The notes under the pieces are model-generated. The model ran no database searches. It saw nothing but the letters and a program-made list of their open reading frames with translations, and had not been told where the DNA came from. A DNA stretch of 64,000 bases from an uncultured bacterium (GTDB lineage Bacteria; Hydrothermota; UBA3072): contig CAYZBF010000005.1 in NCBI GenBank assembly GCA_964476585.1, forward strand, positions 15,882 through 79,881, written 5' to 3'. Each line of letters opens with the position of its first letter. Position 1 is the first letter of the stretch. A program made the position numbers and the translations under genes. Positions 19,491 to 29,205 of this stretch are shown here, one piece after another.

Positions 19491-21448
19491 TATTTTACCT
19501 CTTTATCTTTCTTTTTTCTAATTCTTCTCTTTCTTCTGAAATTGTAGAGTATAGAGGCACTAAAATTGTCTTCAAGATAGATTCAGCCCTCGTATGTATC
19601 TACGGTGAAGCAGAAGCCGAGTACGGGGAACTCCATGTATGGGCGGAAACTCTACATTTTTATCTTGAGGATAAATTCTTAGATGCTAGAGGAGAGGTAC
19701 GCTTTACTGATGGTAATAATATCATTCTGGCTAAAAGGATGACCTATGATGTGAAAAAGGAAATTGGAATAGCATACGAGGCGAAAACAGAGGTGGAAAG
19801 GGGGAGATTTTATGGAAAAGAAATACGTTACCTTGAAGGAAAAGTATTAAAGATAAGTAACGGTTATTATACTACATGCGAATTAGATCCTCCACATTAC
19901 TGGTTCTATTCGCCTCATATGAGGGTAAATATTGATGAGGATCTCGTAGCAGAACCTGTTGTTCTTCTGGTTAGAAAGATTCCTCTTTTTTTTATTCCTT
20001 TTTGGTTCCAACCTTTAAAGAAGGAACGTTCTTCCGGGATTATCACTCCTTTATTTGGCTCTTCATCTTACGGGGGAAAATATATAGAGGATATCGGGTG
20101 GTATCAGACTCTTGGCCCTTATGCTGATGCTATTATTTCGATGGATTACTATACAAGAAGGGGGATAAAAACTCATATAAATGCAAGATGGAAGCTATTT
20201 CCCTATGGAGAAGGAAACCTCTCTGGCAGTTATATTAAAGAACGAGAAGGTGGTGGAGAACGCTGGACACTAAAAATTAATAATCAAACCAGGCTGCCTG
20301 AAGGTATCAATTTGAATATATATTCAAACATCGCTTCTGATAATAAATACTTTTCAGATTATGAAACAGGTGAGGTTGAAAAACTAATCAGAGATCTTTC
20401 CTATGGAGGGAATATAGCAGGAAAAATTAAAGGTTTCGGGATATATGGTATGGTAGACTATCGAGAGAATGTAAGTACTGGGGTATTGAGAGAAAAATGG
20501 CCATCGATTAATATTACCTTTCCCAGGATAAAAGTTGGGATGGTAAATCTTAAGGGTTCATCAAAATACATAAGGGATGAGACTGAACACTGGGGAACGG
20601 GTATACAGGGAAATGCGAACATGGGATTTAATCTCGCAGTATTCAATGTAAATGGTAACTTTTTAGCAAGAGATGATTATTACGAAAGAGAAGATATTTC
20701 CATCAGACACTGGAATTCAAGTGTTGCGATCAAAACAAGATTATACGGACTCTCAATCTTTGGTATCGGTTCCATCGCAAGATTTAGACACGTAATTACA
20801 CCTTCTGTTTCTTTTGGATATGCCCCAGAACCGGATAGTTTTGAGGTTATTCCTCTCCCTGGATTTTCACGCCCTATGGGTCGAAAATCGCTTGGAGTGA
20901 GTTTAAGTAATCTCTTTCAGTGTAAAATCGGAGAAAACAAATATGATTTTGCTTCCCTCTCTTTTAATACGAGTTATCAGCCCAAGAAAGACAGATTCTC
21001 ATCTGTTTCCCTGTCTGGTAACTTCTGGATTGGTGAGTATTTTCGTCAAACATATTCTACTTCTTATGATTTATATACTAAAGAGTTTGGAGAGAAGACA
21101 GTCACAACTGATTTTGGATATGGGACCCATTTTGGAGACGAGCCACTTGATATATCAATGACACACCGGATAAGATTCACTCAGGATAGAAGGATTCAAC
21201 AGGCAGATTTTGGTATAAAGTTCTACGTTACTCCCAAATGGAAGGTTAATATATTCACTCATTATGATTTTGAAAAAAATACAGTGACAAGCAGTAGAAT
21301 AGGATTTACACGAGATTTACATTGCTGGGAATTGAGTATGTCATACAATACCTTTGGTGATAATTGGGATTACAATATCAATCTGCAATTAAAGAAACTT
21401 CCGGAAGTTAAGTTAGAGAGAGGAACCATACGAACACTTCTTCCCTAG
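19487..21448 (+). CDS. Putative LPS-assembly protein LptD (OstA-like N-terminal domain + large beta-barrel)
   Basis: GTG start overlapping the lpxD stop; N-terminal OstA/LptA-like beta-jellyroll segment ([46 protein letters not shown]); 653 aa, beta-rich. Confidence 0.5.
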   Translation: MIFYLFIFLFSNSSLSSEIVEYRGTKIVFKIDSALVCIYGEAEAEYGELHVWAETLHFYLEDKFLDARGEVRFTDGNNIILAKRMTYDVKKEIGIAYEAKTEVERGRFYGKEIRYLEGKVLKISNGYYTTCELDPPHYWFYSPHMRVNIDEDLVAEPVVLLVRKIPLFFIPFWFQPLKKERSSGIITPLFGSSSYGGKYIEDIGWYQTLGPYADAIISMDYYTRRGIKTHINARWKLFPYGEGNLSGSYIKEREGGGERWTLKINNQTRLPEGINLNIYSNIASDNKYFSDYETGEVEKLIRDLSYGGNIAGKIKGFGIYGMVDYRENVSTGVLREKWPSINITFPRIKVGMVNLKGSSKYIRDETEHWGTGIQGNANMGFNLAVFNVNGNFLARDDYYEREDISIRHWNSSVAIKTRLYGLSIFGIGSIARFRHVITPSVSFGYAPEPDSFEVIPLPGFSRPMGRKSLGVSLSNLFQCKIGENKYDFASLSFNTSYQPKKDRFSSVSLSGNFWIGEYFRQTYSTSYDLYTKEFGEKTVTTDFGYGTHFGDEPLDISMTHRIRFTQDRRIQQADFGIKFYVTPKWKVNIFTHYDFEKNTVTSSRIGFTRDLHCWELSMSYNTFGDNWDYNINLQLKKLPEVKLERGTIRTLLP

Positions 21449-21633
21449 TAGCTTCGCTACAATAGTCTTAAGTCTATAGTCACCAGTCAATAGTCTACTT
21501 AAAATTTTTAGAATCCCTCCATATTAAAGTTAAATACTTTTTATGCTTTCAAATTTTAAATATTCCTTTTAGATTAGTTAATAAATCTTGACTAATGACT
21601 TGAGACTAATGGCTGTAGACTAACTGATAGCTG

Positions 21634-22188
21634 TTACTTCCTCTTATATATCCCTATTATCTCCCCGGTTGCGATAACATGGCCTTCCATCTTTTTAAGT
21701 AATTCCTTTTTTGTAATACCTGTTTTTGAATCTAACATTATATCCAACCCATATAGTTTGAAATGGAAGTGATGAAGTGTTCCTCGAGGAGGGCAGGGTC
21801 CTCCATAACCTATCTTCCTGAAGTCATTCTTACCCTGCATTGCTTCATTTTCCAGAGTCTTTACTGGTTTTATACCCTCGGTTAGTCGCTCTGACTCTGG
21901 CGGGATGTTATAAATCACCCAGTGAACCCATGTTTTCATAGGAGCATCAGGATCGTCACATATTAGAGCAAGGGATTTTACTCCTTCGGGGATTTCTTTC
22001 CACACGATTTCTGGAGATACATCCTCGCCATCGCATGTGTATTTTACTGGTATGTTTTCTCCATTTTTGAATGCAGGAGATTCTATTTGCATTTTTAAAA
22101 ACTCCTTTTTTTTTGACTTTTCTTCGCCTTTTCCAGCACAGTTAAACAGGATTATGGGGATTATTAATAGACGAATGAAGTTCCGCAT
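21634..22188 (-). CDS. YbhB/YbcL family PEBP (Raf-kinase-inhibitor-like) lipoprotein
   Basis: Lipobox LFNCAG; CDGEDVSPE..W; DPDAP; GYGGPCPP..G.HHFHFKLY, typical of bacterial PEBP. Confidence 0.8.
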   Translation of the reverse strand: MRNFIRLLIIPIILFNCAGKGEEKSKKKEFLKMQIESPAFKNGENIPVKYTCDGEDVSPEIVWKEIPEGVKSLALICDDPDAPMKTWVHWVIYNIPPESERLTEGIKPVKTLENEAMQGKNDFRKIGYGGPCPPRGTLHHFHFKLYGLDIMLDSKTGITKKELLKKMEGHVIATGEIIGIYKRK

Positions 22189-22346
22189 ACTCTACCTCCT
22201 TTTTTTATAAAATAAATCGGATGTGAATAAAGTCAATGAAATTATTGGAGTTATTTAATCCTATAAAATTCAACCATTTTAAGGGAAGATCATGCTTATT
22301 AACTGCTCGTACTTGACAAAGACTATCTTTTTAATAGGTTTGAGGC

Positions 22347-22970
22347 ATGCTGGAAACGGTAATCTATCTGGTTCGACATGGGCAGAGTAAGGGGAACAAA
22401 GAGAATAGAATGAGAGGGAGGCATGATTTTCCCCTGACAGCGGAAGGGGAACAACAAGCTAAAGCCCTAGCAAAGATAGCAAAGGAATGGGATTTATCTG
22501 CGATATTTACATCCCCTTTAATAAGAGCAAAGAAGACAGCGAAATATATAGGAAAAGAGTGTGGAATCACTCCAGAAATCGATATGGGATTTATCAATAT
22601 ATCCCTTGGGGATTGGGAGGGAAAATCACAGGATTGGGTGAAAAAGAATTTGCCACAGGAATGGCGTATATGGATGACTAAACCTGAAAACCTCATTTTC
22701 CCAGGTTTTGAACCTCTCTCAAAGGTTCAAAGACGGGCGTATGAATCACTTCAGAAAAGAGTAGAGGAATATCGTGGTAGGGGCATCTGTATCGTGACAC
22801 ATAGAGCAGTTCTTAAACCCCTTATTGCAAAAGTTCTCGAGATAAAATCTCCCTATTATTGGAAAATAAGAATGGCTACTGCTTCTTACAGCCGGATTGT
22901 TTATGACGGAACCATGTATTATATGGATCTTTTTAACGAGACAAAACACCTAAAAAAGAAGTTTATATGA
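22347..22970 (+). CDS. Histidine phosphatase family protein (phosphoglycerate mutase-like)
   Basis: IYLVRHGQSKGN catalytic RHG motif; 207 aa. Confidence 0.8.
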   Translation: MLETVIYLVRHGQSKGNKENRMRGRHDFPLTAEGEQQAKALAKIAKEWDLSAIFTSPLIRAKKTAKYIGKECGITPEIDMGFINISLGDWEGKSQDWVKKNLPQEWRIWMTKPENLIFPGFEPLSKVQRRAYESLQKRVEEYRGRGICIVTHRAVLKPLIAKVLEIKSPYYWKIRMATASYSRIVYDGTMYYMDLFNETKHLKKKFI

Positions 22971-24070
22971 TTGATTGTAGAATAGAGAATCTTGCAGCTA
23001 TCGTAACCAATTATTCCGTTGATATCAAAAAGGGCAACTTCGTTTTTATAAACGGAACAGAACTCTCTGCTCCTCTGATAAAAGCAGTCTATAAGAGAGT
23101 GCTTGAAAAAGGTGCACATCCAGAGGTTAAAGTTGATATAGAAGGGATTGCGGAGATATTCTATAAGAATGCTTCTAAGGGACAGTTAGAATATATATCA
23201 GATGTGAGGAAATATATTGTTGAAAACGCGGACATCTTAATATACATCAGGGGTGGATGGAATACAAAATCCTTGAGCAATATCTCACCAGAAATAATTT
23301 CAACCAATAGGAAAGCCATGACTCCTTTAATGAAAACGCAGATGGAGCGTTCAGCAAAAGGAGAATTGCAGTGGACATTGACTCAATTCCCGACCCATTC
23401 GGGTGCACAGGAGTCTGATATGTCACTTTCAGAATACGAAGACTTCGTCTTTGGAGCATGTTTTGCAGATAAAGAGGACCCAGTAGGCGAATGGAAGAAA
23501 CTTTCGAAAGAGCAGGAGAGATATGTTAAGATGCTGGAAGAGAAAAGGTTTTTTCATATTGAGGGTCCAGGAACCAGTTTACACCTCAAAACGGACGGAA
23601 GGAAATGGATAAATTCCGACGGGAAGCACAATATGCCGAGTGGGGAGGTATTTACTGCTCCGATAAAAGAATCTGTTAATGGAAAAATTAGCTTTAGTTT
23701 TCCTGCAATCTATAATAATAGAGAGGTTATAGGCGTAAGCCTTGAGTTTAAAGATGGGGAGGTAGTGAATGCCAGCGCCTTTAAAGGTGAGGAATTCTTA
23801 AAGGCAATGATTGATATGGATAAGGGCGCAAGGTATGTGGGGGAATTTGCATTTGGTCTTAATAGCGAAATTCAAAGATTCACCAAGAATATACTTTTTG
23901 ATGAGAAGATAGGTGGAACGATGCATATGGCTCTTGGTGCTGCTTATCCAGAGTGTGGGGGGAAGAACGAATCAGCTCTCCATTGGGATATGATACTTGA
24001 TTTAAGAGAAGAGGGAAGGGTAATAGCCGATGGAGAGATAATCTTTGAGGGAGGAAAATTTCTGCTTTAA
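22967..24070 (+). CDS. M29 family aminopeptidase (AmpS/PepS-like)
   Basis: C-terminal GEFAFGLN..I.....LFDEKIGGTMHMALG, typical of thermophilic metalloprotease M29; 367 aa. Confidence 0.75.
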   Translation: MIDCRIENLAAIVTNYSVDIKKGNFVFINGTELSAPLIKAVYKRVLEKGAHPEVKVDIEGIAEIFYKNASKGQLEYISDVRKYIVENADILIYIRGGWNTKSLSNISPEIISTNRKAMTPLMKTQMERSAKGELQWTLTQFPTHSGAQESDMSLSEYEDFVFGACFADKEDPVGEWKKLSKEQERYVKMLEEKRFFHIEGPGTSLHLKTDGRKWINSDGKHNMPSGEVFTAPIKESVNGKISFSFPAIYNNREVIGVSLEFKDGEVVNASAFKGEEFLKAMIDMDKGARYVGEFAFGLNSEIQRFTKNILFDEKIGGTMHMALGAAYPECGGKNESALHWDMILDLREEGRVIADGEIIFEGGKFLL

Positions 24071-24190
24071 GGAACAGTTGAATAGGAAATTAGTCAAGTA
24101 GTTAATTAGGTATATAATTAAAGAAAGAAATGTGTAGTTATCGATGATGATGGGTGAGACTAATTAACTAATGAACTAATTGACTATTAA

Positions 24191-24877
24191 CTAAATATAA
24201 ACGAGGCTTCCTGAGTAAAAGGTACTTTCGACATCGCCGCAATTTATGCGAATTCCGCAGTCATTCTCGATTAATATCACCCGACCGGTTACTGTTTTTT
24301 TAGAACTCACCAGCTTAACTTTTCGACCTAAATCCTGATTTAGTCCAAGGTATCTTGCATATATCCGGTCAAATTCTTCTCTTCCTTTTTCTATATTCTT
24401 CATTATTTCTAATCCAATCTCCTCGATCGGGAGGCTTCTTTTTAAGACTTTCCTTGATGATGTCATTTTACCTTGTAGTGAATCGAGAAAATCCGAAGGT
24501 TCTACGTTTAGATTAAGTCCAATGCCAATAATGAAGAACTTATTTATTTTTTCTATAAGAATTCCACCCATTTTCTTTGAAGAAACCATAATATCGTTCG
24601 GCCATTTGAGTTCCACATTAAGCCCATAATTTTCCAGTGCTTCTGCTATAGCAACGGAACTAAGGAGAGAAAGTGCACCCTTGTTATTGGAAAACTCCCT
24701 TACAATTATCGAGAGCCACAGACCACCAGGAGGTGAAAACCATTTATTTTTACCCCTACCTTTACCTTGTGTTTGGACCTTTGCAATTACACCATCAAGG
24801 TCAGGAAGTTTATCTTTGTTTCTTTTTACCCATTCATTTGTGGAATCTACTTCTTCCAATTTTATGAGTTTGAACAT
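24191..24877 (-). CDS. birA: Biotin--[acetyl-CoA-carboxylase] ligase, class I (no N-terminal HTH)
   Basis: QTQGKGRGKNKWFSPPGGLWLS, the GRGRxGRxW biotin-binding motif; 228 aa. Confidence 0.8.
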   Translation of the reverse strand: MFKLIKLEEVDSTNEWVKRNKDKLPDLDGVIAKVQTQGKGRGKNKWFSPPGGLWLSIIVREFSNNKGALSLLSSVAIAEALENYGLNVELKWPNDIMVSSKKMGGILIEKINKFFIIGIGLNLNVEPSDFLDSLQGKMTSSRKVLKRSLPIEEIGLEIMKNIEKGREEFDRIYARYLGLNQDLGRKVKLVSSKKTVTGRVILIENDCGIRINCGDVESTFYSGSLVYI

Positions 24878-25061
24878 TTCTCATTGATAAATAGTATTTA
24901 TATTATGTCAAGACAGAAAAATGTTATCTTTGTTTATTATCACTATACACAAATATAAATATATTTATTAAATCTACATTTATCCATGGTTAGAAGTGAT
25001 TGGGTATTGTATATTTTACATTTTAAATTTTTCATTCTTCATTTTGCATTATACTATCCCC

Positions 25062-25090
25062 TTGACATAATCTCGTTCCGATTTTAATAT
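25062..25090 (+). promoter_or_regulatory. ffs promoter (TTGACA-17-TAATAT)
   Basis: CCCCTTGACA at 25062-25067 and TAATAT at 25085-25090, about 7 nt before the SRP RNA 5' end. Confidence 0.6.
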
Positions 25091-25096
25091 AAGATT

Positions 25097-25369
25097 GCCA
25101 GTCGTACTAAGCGGGGAGTTAGCGGTGCCCTATACCTGTAATCCGCTATAGCAGGGCCGAATGCTTGCACAAGCTTATCGTTTTTTATTATGGGCTTCAG
25201 GAGAAGGTGATGAAATTTGGGTCCTTCATAGGAGTGTACCTTAAACCCCGTCAGATCCGGAAGGCAGCAGCGGTAAGAGGATTTCATTCCTGATGGAGGG
25301 TTGCCTAAATGGAGCTTTTCTTCGGTCGTACCGATAAGGGAAGATTTGCAAAGCAAGCTGTACGACTGG
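25097..25369 (+). ncRNA. ffs: Signal recognition particle RNA, long form with Alu domain (Bacillus scRNA-like)
   Basis: 5' GCCAGUCGUACUAAGCGGGGAGUUAGCGGUGCCCUAUACCUGUAAUCCGCUAUAGCAGGGCCGAAU nearly matches the B. subtilis scRNA 5' Alu domain. Domain IV CCCCGUCAGAUCCGGAAGGCAGCAGCGGUAAG. Termini GCCAGUCGUAC / GUACGACUGGU pair. Sits directly upstream of dnaX-ybaB-recR as in Firmicutes. Confidence 0.9.
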
Positions 25370-25380
25370 TAGAAATTATT

Positions 25381-26886
25381 ATGGGATATTTGGTGTTAAC
25401 GCGGAAATACAGACCACAGGATTTTGATGAGGTGGTGGGTCAGAAGCATGTAACCCAGACCTTAATGTCTGCCCTGAAGAACGGAAGAGTAGGACATTCT
25501 TATCTATTTGCGGGACCAAGAGGGGTAGGAAAGACATCTGTTGCGCGTATCCTGGCCAAGGCTCTGAATTGCGAAAAGGGTGTGGTGGAGAATCCCTGTA
25601 ATGAGTGTGAAACCTGCAAAGCTATCACAAAGGGAAGTGCAGTAGATGTTATAGAAATTGATGGAGCTTCTAACAGGGGCATTGATGAAATAAGAGGTCT
25701 AAGAGAGGCAATTGCATATAATCCTTCTTCTGCAAGGTATAAGGTCTATATAATTGACGAGGTTCATATGCTTACGAAGGAGGCATTCAATGCTCTCCTT
25801 AAGACCCTGGAGGAACCTCCCTCTCATGTAGTTTTTATCTTGGCAACTACTGAACCGCAGAAGGTTCCCAAAACTGTTCTCTCCCGTTGTCAGAGATTTG
25901 ATTTCAGAATGCTTACCGAAAAAGAGATTTTCACCAAGTTAAATTTATTGGCTAAATTGGAGTCTATAGATGTTGATGAAGAATCACTAAGGTTGATCGC
26001 GACCAGAGCAGAAGGCTCTATTAGGGATGCTGAAGGAATGCTTGATCAGTTAACATCATATTCAGAAGGGCGAATAACAACTAACGATGTAAAAGAGGTG
26101 TTTGGATTTGTTGGTGATAAAGTTTATATGAAATTATTTGAGGGAATATCAGCCAGGGGTGAAAAAGCTATCATCGAAGGAGTTGAGAATGTCGTTCAGA
26201 AGGGTTATGACATTAGAGAATTTGTCTACGGCTGGTTGCATTTTTTACAGAGACTGTTGCTCTATAACCTTGATGTTCCATATCCCACCTCAGTGGAAAT
26301 CGATGAAGATTTAAAAAAACTTGCAAAGAGCGTATCTACTGAGTTCTTAACAGCCGTGTTTAGCCTTTCCACAGATATGGAAAAAGATATAAGAGCGGTT
26401 CCCTATTCGCAGGGGTTTCTTGAACTATCAATGCTCAGGATGGCAAGAATACCCGATCTTGCCGATATCAATACGTTAATTAAAGAAATATCTGAACCTC
26501 GCATTGTTGAAGATGAACCTTATAAGGAGCAAGAGGGAAAGCCACAAAGAGTCAACAAAGAAGCTCAAAAAGATGTGACGGAATTATGGGGAAAGATAAT
26601 AGAAACCATTAATAACACTGATGGTAATAACTTCTTCAAAAGTTTTTTAAGAGAAGCAGCGCCCGTTTCGTTTACCAGTAATTCCTTGAGATTAAATGTC
26701 CCAGAGGCCCACAAAGAGCACCTAAAAGAGGATATACATCTGTTAAAGGAAGCCTGTAGGGAGATTTTAGGATCCGATATAGAGATTAATATAGTTACAT
26801 CTGCTGGGTCATTGGAGGAAACGATCAAACATGATCCAATGGTAAAAAAGATAAAGGAGATATTTAATGCTGAAGAATATGCTTGA
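25381..26886 (+). CDS. dnaX: DNA polymerase III subunit gamma/tau
   Basis: RKYRPQDFDEVVGQ..., P-loop GPRGVGKTS, zinc module CNECETC, DEVHML. Start moved to the MGYLVLTRKYRPQ Met because the ORF-track start overlaps ffs. Confidence 0.9.
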   Translation: MGYLVLTRKYRPQDFDEVVGQKHVTQTLMSALKNGRVGHSYLFAGPRGVGKTSVARILAKALNCEKGVVENPCNECETCKAITKGSAVDVIEIDGASNRGIDEIRGLREAIAYNPSSARYKVYIIDEVHMLTKEAFNALLKTLEEPPSHVVFILATTEPQKVPKTVLSRCQRFDFRMLTEKEIFTKLNLLAKLESIDVDEESLRLIATRAEGSIRDAEGMLDQLTSYSEGRITTNDVKEVFGFVGDKVYMKLFEGISARGEKAIIEGVENVVQKGYDIREFVYGWLHFLQRLLLYNLDVPYPTSVEIDEDLKKLAKSVSTEFLTAVFSLSTDMEKDIRAVPYSQGFLELSMLRMARIPDLADINTLIKEISEPRIVEDEPYKEQEGKPQRVNKEAQKDVTELWGKIIETINNTDGNNFFKSFLREAAPVSFTSNSLRLNVPEAHKEHLKEDIHLLKEACREILGSDIEINIVTSAGSLEETIKHDPMVKKIKEIFNAEEYA

Positions 26887-27181
26887 TTACAAGGGAATTA
26901 AGGATAAAGTTGAACAGATAAAGAAGGACCTCCAGCAGGAGAGGCTCGTTGTAGAGAGCGGTGGAGGGATGGTAAAAGTAGAAGTTGATGGATTTGGTAG
27001 CGTCACAAACTTGGAGATAGAGGACGATCTTTTCAATGAGAAAGATAAGCAGTTAATTGAAGATCTTATCATTGCGGCTATAAATGAAAGTAGGGAAAAA
27101 GTAAAAGCATTGTGGCAGAAAAAGATTGAGTATTATATAGGAAATTTACCTCTAGGGGGATTGGGAGATATAATAGCGTGA
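26867..27181 (+). CDS. ybaB: Nucleoid-associated protein YbaB/EbfC
   Basis: 104 aa; ...VESGGGMVKVEVDGFGSV..LEI...; classic position between dnaX and recR. Confidence 0.9.
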   Translation: MLKNMLDYKGIKDKVEQIKKDLQQERLVVESGGGMVKVEVDGFGSVTNLEIEDDLFNEKDKQLIEDLIIAAINESREKVKALWQKKIEYYIGNLPLGGLGDIIA

Positions 27182-27777
27182 GACCCCCTAAAGTGTTTGT
27201 CCGTTTTGCTGAAGCTCTTCAGTTTCTTCCGGGTATAGGCAAAAAATCCGCTGAGAGAATAGCATTCTACCTTCTTTCAAATCCGGCGGAGGGAAAGAAA
27301 ATCGCTGATTCTGTTGAGCAGGTTCTCACTTCAATTAAATTCTGTAGTGTATGTGGCAATATTACTGTTGAGGATCCGTGTTCGATATGTTCTTCTCCTG
27401 AAAGGGATAAATCTACAATATGTGTGGTTGAAAAACCAATGGATGTCTTTGCAATAGAACGAGCAGGGATTTATGATGGATTATATCATGTGTTGGGTGG
27501 TCTTATTTCACCTCTTGATAATAGAGGTCCTGAAGATATAACGATTGATTCACTAGTACTGCGAGTGAGAAATGATAAGATCAATGAGGTTATTATTGCT
27601 ACGAACCCAACGACAGAGGGTGAAGCCACTGCTATGTATCTCCAGGAAACTCTTAAACCCTTTGATTTAAGTATAAGTAGAATCGCCCAGGGTATTCCTG
27701 TTGGGACTGACCTTGAATTTGCAGATGACGTAACACTCCTAAGGGCACTTGAGGGGAGAAGAGAAGTTAAGGATTAG
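27178..27777 (+). CDS. recR: Recombination protein RecR
   Basis: HhH LPGIGKKSAERIAFYLL, C4 zinc finger CSVCGNITVEDPCSIC, Toprim; 199 aa. Confidence 0.9.
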   Translation: MRPPKVFVRFAEALQFLPGIGKKSAERIAFYLLSNPAEGKKIADSVEQVLTSIKFCSVCGNITVEDPCSICSSPERDKSTICVVEKPMDVFAIERAGIYDGLYHVLGGLISPLDNRGPEDITIDSLVLRVRNDKINEVIIATNPTTEGEATAMYLQETLKPFDLSISRIAQGIPVGTDLEFADDVTLLRALEGRREVKD

Positions 27778-27783
27778 AAGGTC

Positions 27784-27811
27784 TTGACAAATCCATTAGC
27801 AATATTATACT
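27784..27811 (+). promoter_or_regulatory. tRNA-fMet promoter (TTGACA-16-TATACT)
   Basis: TTGACA at 27784-27789, 16-nt spacer, TATACT at 27806-27811, 8 nt before the tRNA 5' end. Confidence 0.6.
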
Positions 27812-27819
27812 TAAAGTGG

Positions 27820-27893
<74 letters not shown>

Positions 27894-27950
27894 TTTTTTA
27901 TAAAATACCCTTGCCCCCTTGAAAATTTCCTCTATAATAATATAATATAT

Positions 27951-28625
27951 ATGAGTTTTATATTGGCGATTGATGGAACTTCAGGATCCGGAAAGACTAC
28001 TACTGCAAGAAAAATAGCAGAACGTCTTGGTTGGTTTTATTTGGATACAGGTGCAACGTATAGAGCAATAACTTATGCAGTATTGGAATGTGGTAAGAAT
28101 CCTGAAGAGGTTAGAGGAGTTATTCAGGTATTAAAAGGTTTGAAACTAGACGTTAAAAACTCAGAGGATGGACAGAGGACTTTTGTTAATAGCGAGGATG
28201 TGACTGATTGTCTAAGAACAGATGAAATCGATAAGTTGGTTACACCGATATCAAAGATGAAAGAAGTTCGAAAATGGTTGGTAAAATTTCAAAGAAAAAT
28301 AGCCAGAAATAAAAATATTGTTGTGGAAGGAAGAGATATAGGGACAGTTGTATTTCCTTACGCTAATCTCAAAATATATATGGATGCAGAACTCCCCGTA
28401 CGAGCAAGAAGAAGAAAGAAACAAAAAGTTGGGTTTAAAGATATAGGAGAAATAAAGAATGATCTCCAGCGCAGGGATTACCATGATTTCACAAGATCGG
28501 AGAGTCCTCTTAAAAGAGCACCAGATGCTCTTCTGCTTGATACCACTTATCTTTCTGTAAACGAACAGGTTGAATGGGTTATAAATAGAATTGAACAGCT
28601 AAATGAAAGCACCGCTTCAATATAA
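27951..28625 (+). CDS. cmk: Cytidylate kinase
   Basis: ILAIDGTSGSGKTTTARKIAERLGWFYLDTGATYRA, the canonical Cmk N-terminus. Confidence 0.85.
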   Translation: MSFILAIDGTSGSGKTTTARKIAERLGWFYLDTGATYRAITYAVLECGKNPEEVRGVIQVLKGLKLDVKNSEDGQRTFVNSEDVTDCLRTDEIDKLVTPISKMKEVRKWLVKFQRKIARNKNIVVEGRDIGTVVFPYANLKIYMDAELPVRARRRKKQKVGFKDIGEIKNDLQRRDYHDFTRSESPLKRAPDALLLDTTYLSVNEQVEWVINRIEQLNESTASI

Positions 28626-29205
28626 GATCAGCAGGGCTCTTCTGTATTTCCTTTTTAAGATCCTATTTGGTCTGAAAGGAGAAGATGTTTCAAATGTGCC
28701 TAAAGAGGGTCCAGTTATTATTGCTCCCAATCATCGTTCAAACTATGATCCGTTATTGGTAGGCGGCTGTGTTGATAGTCGTGAGATCTATTATTTAGCA
28801 AAATCGGGTCTCTTTATATCAAAAGTGGCTACCTGGTTTCTTAAGAGTTTAAATGTAATCCCAGTTGATCTAGAAAATCCCGGAATAGGAACAATGAGAA
28901 GATTTATTAATCTACTTAAGGATGGTAAGGCAATAATGGTTTTCCCGGAGGGGACTCGCTCAAAAACACATGAATACTTGAAAGCCCAACCAGGAGTGGG
29001 CTTTCTTTCAATAAGGACAAATGTTCCTGTGATTCCCACTCTTATTGAGGGAACCTATGAGTCAATGATAAAACATTTCTTCCGTCGCACCCCACTCCGA
29101 GTGAAATTTGGGATCCCTATCTATCCAGAGAATAAAGTAAAAAACTTAAAAGATGCTCAGAAACTATCTGATAGAATACTTGAGGAAGTGAAGAAGTTAG
29201 GCTGA
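28603..29205 (+). CDS. plsC: 1-acyl-sn-glycerol-3-phosphate acyltransferase
   Basis: NHRSNYDP (HX4D) and FPEGTRS motifs; 200 aa. Confidence 0.8.
   Translation: MKAPLQYKISRALLYFLFKILFGLKGEDVSNVPKEGPVIIAPNHRSNYDPLLVGGCVDSREIYYLAKSGLFISKVATWFLKSLNVIPVDLENPGIGTMRRFINLLKDGKAIMVFPEGTRSKTHEYLKAQPGVGFLSIRTNVPVIPTLIEGTYESMIKHFFRRTPLRVKFGIPIYPENKVKNLKDAQKLSDRILEEVKKLG

Noticed and set aside
25084-25356. 90-aa minus-strand ORF, and the ORF-track dnaX start at 25309
   Set aside because: Both lie on the SRP RNA gene. dnaX conserved sequence begins at MGYLVLTRKYRPQ (25381).
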